Of a DNA stretch of 64,000 nucleotides, positions 12,439 through 23,879 are shown in pieces (position 1 is the stretch's first letter; every line of letters starts with the position of its first letter). The position numbers were made by a program, and so were the translations under genes. The notes under the pieces are model-generated. The model did not search any database. It was given only the letters and a program-made list of their open reading frames with translations, and was not told where the DNA came from. This stretch comes from Microthyrium microscopicum (lineage: Eukaryota): contig MU004230.1 in NCBI GenBank assembly GCA_010405405.1, forward strand, positions 3,831,119 through 3,895,118, in the 5' to 3' direction.

Positions 12439-13676
12439 TGTATGCTTTGGTTGGCATGTCGTAAGACGATAGCTAGATTTGGTGTTGAGGCGCACTGGAG
12501 ACGCTAGTCCGATTCGGGCTTAGATTGGAATTAGCGTTGCACTAGTAGGCGCGCTTTTACGCGTACCTTTTTCTGAAATTCCCCGATTTCTGAGAATTCA
12601 AGCAAATTCGTAGAAGTTCGAAGTCGATGATTTCGATCAAATGAACTAGCTGTGGTCCTCCATACGAGCAGAAGCCAGCCATGACCCATAAAACCGCTGG
12701 TCTTGCGCTACATGGCATCCAAGTGAGCATCTTTGGTGACTGGAAGAGCTGCTTACACGCAGGCTTGTGGGCTCACAGGCTGTAGCATCAATTTCTGAGA
12801 TATTTCAATTACTAAACAGGTAATGATTCGGAAAACTGGCTTTCAATTGTAATGTACTCTATAGTAGTAATACCACTAATTGAGAAATTGGATTGATGGG
12901 ACTAGACAGCCTCATAGGCAGACATGCAGCACACAGCCCACCTGCTCTACTCTAACTTCCTCTCTTCAGTGCCTAAATCACAGGACCGGTCACCTCTATA
13001 ATCCGCTGTTCGACCTTGGATCTCTTCCTCCTTCTACTATTCTGAGTATTCAGAACCTGGAATCTGCCAGCTGGTCTACCAGAAATCTATCAATTGGCGT
13101 CTTGAAACGCTACGTTGCCAAACGAGCAAGCTTGGATTTTCTTCCAGCGCTGTCACTCTTCATCTGAAGCCTGAGTTCCTTTCCTGGAAACTACAAGTAC
13201 ATGTATCCCATGACAGCATAGCAGCCCAATTCATCTTGAGCCGACTGCACTTGCCATAGAACGCCGACTTCCGAATATCACCTGTAAGCTAGGAGCGTCC
13301 ACCTACAGTTGACGCTGGCGCGCAGTGCTCTCACTAAAGTTGCCCGCCTGGTAGAACCACACCTCAACTTTCACTACTTCACGTCTTCAACACATGCGTT
13401 TCACTACCAACACCATTCCATTCTCTCCATCGTTCAAATTCTTTGAATTCCGCCTCTTCGCCCTCATCCACCCGCCCGCCCGCTTTATTGTCAACACTCC
13501 TCTATTGCTTCCATTATTGCTGGGCTAGTTGACTCACTTACTCTAGCCGGCGTCCAGGGGTCGCCTATATCTTTCGAGACGGATTTTGAACAATCCTCCT
13601 GTTACTTCCAGAAATATTCTGCTTGAGCAGGAACATCTGGCACGACGCCCTTCGAAAGCACTCTCTGGAACAAAAC

Positions 13677-16600
13677 ATGCCGCGCAAAGCTTTCCAGGCT
13701 CACCTCGCCGCTTTGGCCCAGAACCCTGACATTGAGAACATATCTGACGTCTGCAAAACTGGAGATGACAATGAATTCCAATTCTTGCTTCATCTGCCTG
13801 ACCAGACTAGTCCAGTCAAAGTAGCATGTATGGTTCTTCCTGACGTCAGCGAGTACCCAACAAATCACCAATATCAAATGTTCGCTGTCGATGACAACTG
13901 CCCGCGCGACGTTTCGAAAAAGCTCATGGCCGTCCCATCGTGCGATCGCGATCCTGTCAGCGACCTTCTCAACATGGTGTCGGCCTTCATGACCCAAGCT
14001 GATGACTCGGATGATGGCAATTCAGACGATGATGTTGTTATGACTGACGCCATGATTGACGATGACGGATCCGATGGCTCTGATGATTTCGATGGTGATA
14101 TGTACGGCGATGAGGACTTTGGCTTCAACGAGGCCGCCGGCGCACGAGAGCAAGCTTCGGCAGCTGCAGCATCTGGTGATGTCACTCCAGAATCGCGCGA
14201 ACGCATAAGAAACGACCTCATGCATCTGAAGGCTGCTGGCTTCAAAGTCGCTTACTATGGAGGCACTAATCGAGCCACCAAATGCCATGTTTGCGCATCT
14301 ATACGCATCATCAAACTTGGCATCTCTGAGGAGGCCATGGAAGCTTGGCACGTAAAGCCGCACGACTATCTGATTCTCTCAATCACCTATCACAGCGGTT
14401 ACAAAGCCATTGAAAAGATCCTCGAAAACGTCAATCAATCGCGTCTTAACATTACCTTTCGCATAGGCCTCAGTCATACCTACAAACCCACTCATGCCGA
14501 AGTTGTTGAACTGGATTCTAGTCGTCCCTTGAAAGAGCCGGAGACACTGAGTGAAGAGGTCGCTAAACTTGAAGATTCATCTCAGAAAGGCTGGCGAGAT
14601 ACCTTTATATCGAGACCATTGGTGGACCTGTTTAATTCTCGATTCATTCATATCCTTGACAGTCGCTACAAGGGAATGTCTTGGGCAGGCGCAGAATTAT
14701 ACAGCCATCGAACTCAGGGAGCCAAAAACCTTCAAGAAAACGAATTAGATGACAAATTTTGGGCAGAGGAAGACCGCCCCACTCTTTATCCGGCGGTGGT
14801 TACCAATGACCATATTCAAGATTGTGCACCACAGGACATGCGATCCTTTCCTCTTCTGGCGATGCAATTTATGCTGCGGCATTTCGTGCGCTGCACCGAA
14901 TTTTGTCTGGTCTGTCATTGTCCGCTAGACAATGACTTGGCAGCCATCAAACCGTATGTCTGCGATAGCGAACTTTGTTTGTATCAATATATGAGTCTCA
15001 GCTTTGGTCCGAGCATCGAGCATGAGATTTTGACGCAACCTTTGGTGGTTGATCTGCTGATTAGCTTTTGCTACTCTCAATGCGAAGCCGGAAAGCTCAA
15101 TACATTCCCTCTTGGACTACAACTCAGAGTACCAAACCCGGCCATCCGTGCTACCGTTGGATTGGGCGTACCACTTCCTGTGTATCTTGCTGATATCGAT
15201 CACGAGTCGGGGGAGACACTCTTTGACTATGAAGCCAAGACGCTTTTCCTTAAGAACGAAAACAACTTTCGAGTTGGAGAATGGGTTCAGATACGATCAA
15301 TTGAAGAGTCGGGCTCTGCAGAACATTCCTGGCGACATCATCGTGTTGTCCACATTTTCAATCTGAATGTCACGTTGTCTGAGGTTTATGCGGTTTCTCT
15401 GGACGAGAATGGTGTCTACCCAAGTTCCCCAGTTACTGATAGTAAGGTGTTCAAAGTCCACTACGTCAAATATTGCCGCAACTTTGATGACTTGTCACTA
15501 GAGGACAAGCGACTGTCAATAATAGGACAGCTAAAACTCCTTCCAACAGTTGAGGAAATGGTGGCTTATCTATCAACCAAAGGAGCACGATTATCTACCT
15601 GGATCAATCGAATCTCACCTACTGCACTTAGTATACTGCGGTGGATCATTGCTTCGAATCGAGCTTGCATTTTGCAAGTTAGTGAGTCCAACATGATCAA
15701 AGGGATGAACGATGAAACGTGGATGCAATTTCGTTTTGCCATGGGGGCTCCGGTAAGAAAGTCCATATTTTCCATGAAACAGCAGCTAACAAATAATAGG
15801 ATAAAGAGAAGAAGTTTATCGCTTCAGTTCAGGACACCGAGAGACGACTTCGACTGCAACATCCCACCATATTCGCTTGGCATGGCTCTGGACTTGCTAA
15901 TTGGCACTCCATCATTCGTGAAGGTCTTCATTTCAATGAAGTTGCTCATGGCCGAGCATTTGGCAATGGTGTATACTTTTCTCCGGATATCAATACCAGC
16001 CTTGGCTATTGCGGTGTACATCTAAATCGCGTAAGAAAGCACCTTTCTCTTCTTTGACGGCAAACTAACCTTATCATTTCAGGCTATGGCTGGAGGTCCA
16101 GTTACCGGCTGGCCTCGAAGCCAGCTAGGGATTACAATGGCAATGGCCTTGAATGAACTCGTCAATGCTCCAGCTGAGTTCGTCTCGTCGAGCCCCCACT
16201 ACGTTGTTCAGCATCTAGACTGGATTCAGACCCGATTTCTCTTTGTAAAGTGTAAGAAGGCTATATCTGCGGTAGCGCAGCCAGCTGGTATCAAAGATGC
16301 CTTTGTACAAGATCCAACACGAATCCCTCGAGGAGATAATGGGAACATCACTATTCCCGCTCAAGCCCTCCCACGATCCCGTCTACGAAGTAGTAGTATC
16401 ACCAATGCTTCACCAGCTGTTGGAGGTGCTTCAAGACCCAAGACTAAAAAGAGTAATGGCTTTGGTCTAAGATCACTATTGGGTGGAACCAAGGGGGCTA
16501 AAGACGGTTCAAGTCGTGCTAATGCCATTGACTTGGATGCCGATGATGCCGATTGTGACTCTGTGGCCACTCTTGAAGAAGACATGGAAATATTCCAGGA

Positions 16601-17339
16601 GCCTGCTGTCAAGGAAGTTGTTGATACCACTTCGAAAGCTAGTGTTCTGGGCAAGCGCAAGGCCGCCGCCGATGAGCCTAAGACTGACTTTGTCGCCGGC
16701 CATCTTGATCTTGACTCTCTTCCCATTCTTCCACCGCCACAGAACGCTACTCAAGGCGCTTCCAAGCAATTGATGAAGCGCTTCCAGGATCTCCAGAAGA
16801 GCCAGGCGAAAAGCTCTCTGGCAACGCTCGGCTGGTACATGGACGGCAGCCAGCTCGAGAAATTCGAAAACATGTTCCAGTGGATCGTTGAACTGCACAC
16901 CTTCGACCCAGTTCTTCCTCTAGCCAAAGACATGAAGGCCAAAGGCGTTACCTCTGTCGTCCTCGAACTACGCTTCAACGACAACTTCCCCTTCGCTCCA
17001 CCCTTCATCCGCGTCATCCGTCCTCGTCTGCTTGCCTTCCAGCAAGGTGGTGGTGGCCACGTCACAGCCGGCGGTTCGCTGTGCATGGAACTCTTGACCA
17101 ACGTTGGCTGGCTACCAAGTATGAGCATCGAGAGCGTGTTGATTTCCATCAAGCACGCCATGTCCGACCTGGATCCGCATCCTGCGCGCCTAGATGCCAA
17201 CTACAAGAATGATTATGCCATTGGTGAGGCTGTTGAAGGGTATATTCGGGCTTGTGTGGCTCATGGCTGGAAGGTTCCTGATGGTTTCCGGGAAGGCGTG
17301 CTGGATATGGATCGGGCAAAGGCGGTCAGCAATGTTTAG
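13677..17339 (+). CDS. PARP6/8-like ADP-ribosyltransferase plus UBE2Q-type ubiquitin-conjugating enzyme fusion, 3 exons, about 1187 aa
   Basis: Exons 13677-15752, 15800-16030 and 16083-17339 with canonical GTAAG...CTAAC...AG introns. Cys cluster CTEFCLVCH...PYVCDSELC. ART motifs FAWHGS, GRAFGNGVYFS and PHYVV...WIQTRFLFV. C-terminal UBC FPFAPPFIRVIRP...GGHVTAGGSLCMELLT retains the catalytic Cys. Confidence 0.9.
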
Positions 17340-18119
17340 CGAAGCAGAAACGTTAGGCCTGCACTGTCTGAATTGGACCCTGGGCCCAGCTTGAAAAGAC
17401 GAAACCGGGCACGACGACGGTATGCATGAATTATATGGGAGCGTGGTGTTGTGGTGTTGGAATTATTCGGTCGTGTGACATATGTCAGCTTGTAGAGCTG
17501 TAGAATGTAATACATTTTTAAGGTCCAGTTTTATACATTCTTCTCCGATGCTGCATGCCAATGGTTCAACAAAAAACATGGCATGTGCTCATCAAGCGTG
17601 ATGGCTGTCATCTGCTTCTCAAGATCATTGACTGTTTTACTTCCAATTGAATTTGTTAAACCTTCCATTTCGCATTGAAGTCGCTGCGAGTGATGGTCGT
17701 TGCCGTTATAGGCTACATGGGAGACATCTCAACTGATGGGAGTGCGCCATTTGTTTTGGCGATCGGTTGAATACCCAGGGAATATATATTCATATGCCAG
17801 ACTAGTCGATGGAATCGGGCTGATTGAACCATCCATTGTCAGCTACTAAGCTTGATATATACATCAACACGTGGAATAAGTTGGCCACTGCATGGCATAA
17901 GGTGTAGCAGGCTTGCATCGATATAGATGGCTCCAATATGATATATTGCATCATCGCGAGTTATATGCCATGAAGAGCACTAAAACCCGAAAACTGTATC
18001 GAATGCGTTGGGAAGGGGCGAGGATGCTCATCATAAGGTGCGATGGAAGACAGCGCACTTTTTGACGAGAGTTTGTCGACCCATTGGTTGTCTTGATTGC
18101 GCAGTTCCTCGTAGTCTGG

Positions 18120-19499
18120 CTACTCTCCACGCTCTATAATGGCCAAGTGCATCCTATGTTTGAGTCGCCTCCATTGTTGCAATTCCTTGGGATCATCATC
18201 CCCACAACGATAGATCCGATCGTATTTGAGCTGTGCGCAGAATTCCTGCTCATAAGCAGCTCGAGTTGCTGAGCCTTTCTCGCCCCAGTCCAGTGTCAAT
18301 TCTGCAAAGAGTTCAGCCAGTCGGTTTCTCTCCTCGTTATGTCTTTGCTCCAGTCTCTCCAGATACTTTTCCACTTCCTCAGGCAAAAGTCCCGATGGCG
18401 ATAGGCCTTTGATCTGGCCCTCTCCGTACGCCACATTCCACCATTCATCGTGAACCTTGCCGTTCGCTAGTTGATCATGATAGTGTGCACCATATTCCCC
18501 CGCGCGCTCGAAAGTCTCCTGACAATTAGGAGAAGGGCAAGTGAAAGGCAGATTTCTCTGGCCGCCGAAGCGATAATTTTCATAGGCTTCTGCACGCAAG
18601 TAGCGCAAACCTGTGGTGCTAGTCTTGAGTTCCTTTTCTAACCAATCCCATCGCTGGAATTTGCCAACAGGTCCACGAACTTTGTGTTTCGGTGCAAACA
18701 CCCGATGTCGATTCCAGCAATGGTCGGTCAAGACCCATGCTACGTTCGCTCTCCATTCATAGCGATCTAATCTGCGGGGTGCTGGTGATAATCTTGGTTG
18801 CAGGTCCATACACCATGTTATTGAGATGTGCTTTGGTGCGACACGAAGGAGGGTTGAAAAGTTGATATCTCCGGAAGGCAGTGCCTCCCAAGGGCTGCTA
18901 AACATGATTCGTTGGACACATGGGAATGTGAAGTGAAAGGCTCTCCAGAAGATTTCGGCGGTATCGACCACGTTGCGCGAGTCTTGTGCCATCTCTGGCG
19001 TTAGAAAGTAATCGTACCAACACTCGAGATCGTCAAGAACGAGCTCTACCTGCTCCACCTGCCTGAGAAAATCATAATCGAAACCTTTGTCAGCTCCCTG
19101 GCGTTTATGTAGCGGAAGGTCGTTTATGTCGGCGTAATACCACACTGAACTATGCGACCAGAAAAGGGGTTTGGCTCGTATTCGAATACTGCTCGAGACT
19201 TGCATAAGGTTGAAAAGTGTTGTAGCATCGCATGCCTCGACAATCATCCACTGTATTTCTAGAGGCAGTCGAGAATAGAGGTGAAATGGTTTCTGAGGGG
19301 CGTCTGGATCCCTCAACAGCGCAGCTTGATGTATGAAGCTATGGAACGGAGTGGCCCAGGGCTGGCAGCCTGTTTCGAAATGGGTAGGCGTCTCAAGGGA
19401 CAGTTGATCGAGCGTAACGACTGGCATAGAAGCTGCCTCTGGCGCGATAGGTCGCCCAATACGCGCTTTGAGTCTTTCTGAGCGCCGTAGCTGGGTCAT
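18120..19499 (-). CDS. F-box-like plus degenerate C2H2 zinc-finger protein, paralog A (459 aa, intronless)
   Basis: FHLYSRLPLEIQWMIVEACDATTLFNLMQVSSSIR is F-box-like. CPSPNC-x12-HYH is zinc-finger-like. Colinear with the neighbour at 19930-21285. Confidence 0.75.
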   Translation of the reverse strand: MTQLRRSERLKARIGRPIAPEAASMPVVTLDQLSLETPTHFETGCQPWATPFHSFIHQAALLRDPDAPQKPFHLYSRLPLEIQWMIVEACDATTLFNLMQVSSSIRIRAKPLFWSHSSVWYYADINDLPLHKRQGADKGFDYDFLRQVEQVELVLDDLECWYDYFLTPEMAQDSRNVVDTAEIFWRAFHFTFPCVQRIMFSSPWEALPSGDINFSTLLRVAPKHISITWCMDLQPRLSPAPRRLDRYEWRANVAWVLTDHCWNRHRVFAPKHKVRGPVGKFQRWDWLEKELKTSTTGLRYLRAEAYENYRFGGQRNLPFTCPSPNCQETFERAGEYGAHYHDQLANGKVHDEWWNVAYGEGQIKGLSPSGLLPEEVEKYLERLEQRHNEERNRLAELFAELTLDWGEKGSATRAAYEQEFCAQLKYDRIYRCGDDDPKELQQWRRLKHRMHLAIIERGE

Positions 19500-19929
19500 T
19501 GTTGAAGTAGATTGGGTGATGTAAAGATATCAGAGAATTTGATTGTAAACCGACCTTGACCGACTACGTGGAATGATGGAGTTGGAAGTGAAGATTTTCG
19601 TGGGGAGTTTTGGTGGCGCTACAATACGACGCGACGCGTCAGTGTTCTATAAGGCTGAATCAACAGCCTTATGGCAGCAACTTGCTGCAGTACGAAATAC
19701 AAAATTAACTGTTAAATCCAATAAGAACAGGTACAGTCAATGTGGTATCTAGGGTGTATGAAGTTCAATTTATTATAAGCTCAAACTCTGCTCTACTTTG
19801 TTCCTCCTCGTAAAACCAATTCCAAAACCTTCAACCTTTTTTCCAAATGCTTGCCTGGCCTTGCACAGGTACTAGGAGGTGCATATTTGGGTCTGTCCAA
19901 TGCGAGACATCATACCTCCAGAGTATCAT

Positions 19930-21285
19930 CTAATCGTTAGGTAGAACCCCTCCGCTTTCAACAATTTGGAGATTGCGCCAGAACTTCATTCGCCCTCGAA
20001 GCTTACAATACTCTAGAGACTCCCTGGGATCACCCTGACATTGAAAGGTGCTATCGCTCTTTAGCTGAGCACAGAATCTTTCTTCGTAGTCACGTTGCTG
20101 CTCCGATCCCCATTCACCCCATTCTTGCCTCAGCTCCTCACCAATTTGCGCCACTGCCATTTTCTCCCGGTTGTACTGATGTTCCTGCTTCAATAGGAAG
20201 CGCTCGACCTGTTGTGGTAAAATTCCTGGCGACACAAGTGCCTTGTAATTGCCGTCTGCAATATTTGAACTAGTCATCCAGCCATCATGAGGGCGAACCG
20301 AATGAAAGTGGCTCGCATAATCTCCAGCTTGAGTAAATGCTACATCGCAGCCGGGATGCTGGCATTCGAAAGGCAAGCATCGTTGGTCACCAAAGCGATA
20401 TTTCTCATACGCTTCTGTGCGTAAATAACGCAGTGAATGGTGCCAATTATTGAGGTCCAATTCTTTCCAATACCAGGTAATAAATTTACCAACGATTCCA
20501 GAAACCTTTATTCTTGGTGGGTGAACACGATATTGGATCCATCCTTGCTCGACCAAGATCAATCGCGAGTCCTCTTCCAGTCGGTATCGATTGAACTTGC
20601 TAGGCATAGGCGACGATCTTGACTTAGTGTTAACAGCCACCGAGACCGATAACCCGCGTGGAGCCATCCGTAGGAGGGAAAGGTAGTATTCATCAACGTC
20701 AGCCAGTTTCTCGATGAACCAGCTAGTTATAACAACCCGCTTAGCAGACGGATAGATCAATCGGAAGAGCTGCCAAAAGGAGCTTCCGGCCGTTTCGTAT
20801 TCCTTCTTGGTCGGGACATCGATGTCACCTCCAAGGATGGAATCATACCATCGGTTTGTGAGACAGAATTCCACCTGCTGTATCTGCTTGCAGAACTCAT
20901 TTTCGAATTTTCGGTTGGCTTTCCAAGTGTGATGTGCCGGTATGTCGTTCATGCTGGCATAATACCATACTTTAGGGTGTGACCAAAATAGAGGTTCGAC
21001 TCGTTTTCGAATACTACGGCAGGTTCGCATAAGATTGAAAAGTGTAGGGGCGTCGCATTTTTCCAATATCGTCCACTGAATTTCCAAGGGCAATTTAGTG
21101 AATACTTGGAAATCTCTACCGGTGGTCGGGTCGATCAAAAAAGCCGATGAATTCAAGAGATGGTAAAATGGGATTGCCCAAGGCTGGTGGCATTTCCAAA
21201 TATGAGAAGGGGTTTCGAGGGCCAGTTCAGCAAGTGTGACGACTGGCAATGAGGGTTCCCCCATCTCGGTGTCCTGCTGGGCCAT
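19930..21285 (-). CDS. F-box-like plus degenerate C2H2 zinc-finger protein, paralog B (451 aa, intronless)
   Basis: FQVFTKLPLEIQWTILEKCDAPTLFNLMRTCRSIR and CQHPGC-x12-HFHSVRPH. Shares PLFWSH..VWYYA, QVE, LRYLR.EAYE.YRFG and FCAQLK with paralog A. Confidence 0.75.
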   Translation of the reverse strand: MAQQDTEMGEPSLPVVTLAELALETPSHIWKCHQPWAIPFYHLLNSSAFLIDPTTGRDFQVFTKLPLEIQWTILEKCDAPTLFNLMRTCRSIRKRVEPLFWSHPKVWYYASMNDIPAHHTWKANRKFENEFCKQIQQVEFCLTNRWYDSILGGDIDVPTKKEYETAGSSFWQLFRLIYPSAKRVVITSWFIEKLADVDEYYLSLLRMAPRGLSVSVAVNTKSRSSPMPSKFNRYRLEEDSRLILVEQGWIQYRVHPPRIKVSGIVGKFITWYWKELDLNNWHHSLRYLRTEAYEKYRFGDQRCLPFECQHPGCDVAFTQAGDYASHFHSVRPHDGWMTSSNIADGNYKALVSPGILPQQVERFLLKQEHQYNREKMAVAQIGEELRQEWGEWGSEQQRDYEERFCAQLKSDSTFQCQGDPRESLEYCKLRGRMKFWRNLQIVESGGVLPND

Positions 21286-22850
21286 TGCTGATATCTTCGA
21301 TCATGTATAGCATGCAAGGAAGGCTGTAAGGAAGAGGAAGTGAAGTTGATGAACGTTCTGGGAGGATTGCAGAGAAAATGTTTTCAAAAGGTAGGTACTG
21401 CAATTCGTGGCGCTCTAAGAGTTCGCGCGACGCGCTTGTGTTGATGATGGCCAAAAGGGGCGCCTTGTGACGACGAATGTCTCAGCCATCTCGATATTTC
21501 GTGAGTCTCATTTCCTTACAGAGCGAATTTCACAAGTTCTGCATTGCTGCAATACTTTCCTGCTGTGAAATCTTTATACGCTCATCTGAATTCGATGCTC
21601 GCTCTCCAAATTTGCCACACCTGCATTCTACACTAGTTCCTGAGGGAGATGTAGAGGTTATTCCTCTTGGTGCGGAAAGAGTTGTAGCTAGAATTATATT
21701 TGAGTGGCGTAAGACTTACAACCAAACAGCCTTGTGACTTGATTTGTCCCATCAATTACATCGTTGGAAGAGACAAGAAGAAAGTTAGACTTCCATGATA
21801 ATTAGATGAATGGAAGCGAGTAAGTTCAACCTAGCCGACATGGCTTCTTGCAAATTGTTGTTTTTGTAGCCAGTAGTTTGGTGAGCGAGGCATGTTTGCA
21901 GCCCTTCAATACATGTTAGTGATGAAATGGATTGACAAGCTGACTTTCTCGAGTAACAGGTAGGATGTTCATTCTAATGCAAGCCTATCCTTACTTCATA
22001 GTTTAGATTGGCGTCAATTCATCTTTGATTTGGCCCCGTCATACGAGACACGTAGATCCTGTGCATCGTGATATCAATCATAACGCTGATATCACGTTGT
22101 TTGGTAGGCTTTGGTCGGGGTGAGATGTCATAAGGTGCAAAACCTGAAATGATCAAATATGTCCATGAAATGAAGGTATACCTTCACGATCGAAAGAGCG
22201 CACGAGTTGTGGACCATTTCAACAACCTCCCTACCATATCGACGATATGCATGCGTCCAATACTCGCAACGGTAGCTGAGTACGTACCTTCACGCTAATC
22301 AAAAGCTATACCATGCCCAACATTATCTGGCGCTCCCCTAGCCTGTGAAACGCAATTGACTACTCGCATAGAGACCGATTAGTTTAGACATGAACTGTGA
22401 ATCGTGGGGAAGCAATATAAGAATAGGGTTATGCAGACCACATGGTATAGCGCTCTTATAGTTGGCCATGTTCCTGGTCCAATCAACGATTGATGAGCAT
22501 TGACATGGTGAGATCGAGATAGGTTTCATCTCATTTGCAATATATAATCGATCTCTTGACAGGTCGACCTGGGAAAAGCACTATTCAATCATTGGCATTA
22601 CAGAAGCTTCATTACCCCGAAGTTGTGGTCATTGATGCGGCAGACTTCCCCGGATTTCCTCGAGTCTAGCCAGGTTTTGTGATTAAATTCATATTAATGT
22701 TTGCAGAAGTTGGAGCTCTGGGCAGAGACTTCTCGGTGTGTGGGCGAATATATAATTGCAATGAAGTGTCCGATGCTGCCAATGCTGTGCGATTTCAAAA
22801 TTTCAAAACTTTACTACATTCACCGTTAAATCTTTGTCACTCCTTTCAAA

Positions 22851-23740
22851 ATGAAGACCGCTTTCGTTCTTACCGGCGTACTAAGCCTCGCATCTGCCCA
22901 GCTCTTTGGAAAGGGCAAGACAACTGGGTCTTCTGGTACTGGCAAGTCTGGGTCTAGTGGCTTGGGTGGCTTGTTCGGCAAGGGCAGCTCAGGAGGACTA
23001 TCAGGTCTCTCTGGTCTCACAGATTCACTCACATGGTATGGACATCGAATACTTCACGACCAAAAGCCTGTTCTAACTGTCATTAGTGTCAACAAATGTG
23101 TGACTGACGGATTTGGAATCGACCCTACGGCCATGGGTATGTTGGACACCTATAATCGTTCCGAATGCCATATGTTGGCAATCGAAATCGCCATGACAGT
23201 CCATGCTAATTTAATCCTAGCCTCCGGTAAAATGCCGACAAATCTTCCATGCATGGACAAAATGCCAAGTATGTCTTCCAGCGTGGTTCTTTGAAGAGAA
23301 GTGAGCTAACCAACAAATAGCCACTGCCGACCTCACCAGCGGCAAGACCCCCGACCCTCTTCCTTTGGCAACATGCCTATGCGCAGAACCAAAGGTCAAG
23401 TCCGTCATCACCTGCCAGTCAGCCTGTGGCAGCATCGGCAGCATGGTCGGCAGTCAATTGACCACCGTTTGCAAGGATCCAAAGGCTGCGATTGACCAAA
23501 TGAACTCGCTGGCCGCCAAGTATGGTGGTGGTAAGCATATCTTGAACTCCGGTGTTTGATACCTTGACTAATGTTGAATTAGCTGCGGCAGCAGGTGGAA
23601 TGATGGGCGCTGGATCGACTGCACCAGCAGCAAGTGCACCCGCACCAGCAGCGGCTCCTGCTGCCACTCCTAAGACTGGCAAGACTGGCACTAGCAAGGG
23701 CAAATTTGGCAAAGGCTCTTCTCGCCGCGTCATGATGTAA
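22851..23740 (+). CDS. Small secreted 8-Cys CFEM-like protein with G/S/K-rich termini, 5 exons, about 216 aa
   Basis: Signal peptide MKTAFVLTGVLSLASA. Exons 22851-23035, 23087-23136, 23221-23268, 23321-23530 and 23583-23740, all introns GT...CTAAY...AG. Cys spacing C-x3-C-x22-C-x23-C-x-C-x10-C-x3-C-x14-C. Confidence 0.8.
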
Positions 23741-23879
23741 AGGTCTGGTAGATTTTGATAGTAGTCAAATGACAGATTTTACACAAGTCAGGATGACTTA
23801 AGACTCAAGATCGTAATATCAGCGTGTCTGCGTAAACATTTGAAGTCGTTGTGAGCGTGGATGTACATTCATATTACGA

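Noticed and set aside
13623..16025. 800-aa ORF as a stand-alone gene
   Set aside because: Its last about 90 codons are intron read-through plus the wrong frame of the PARP exon; it is exon 1 of the PARP-E2 fusion.
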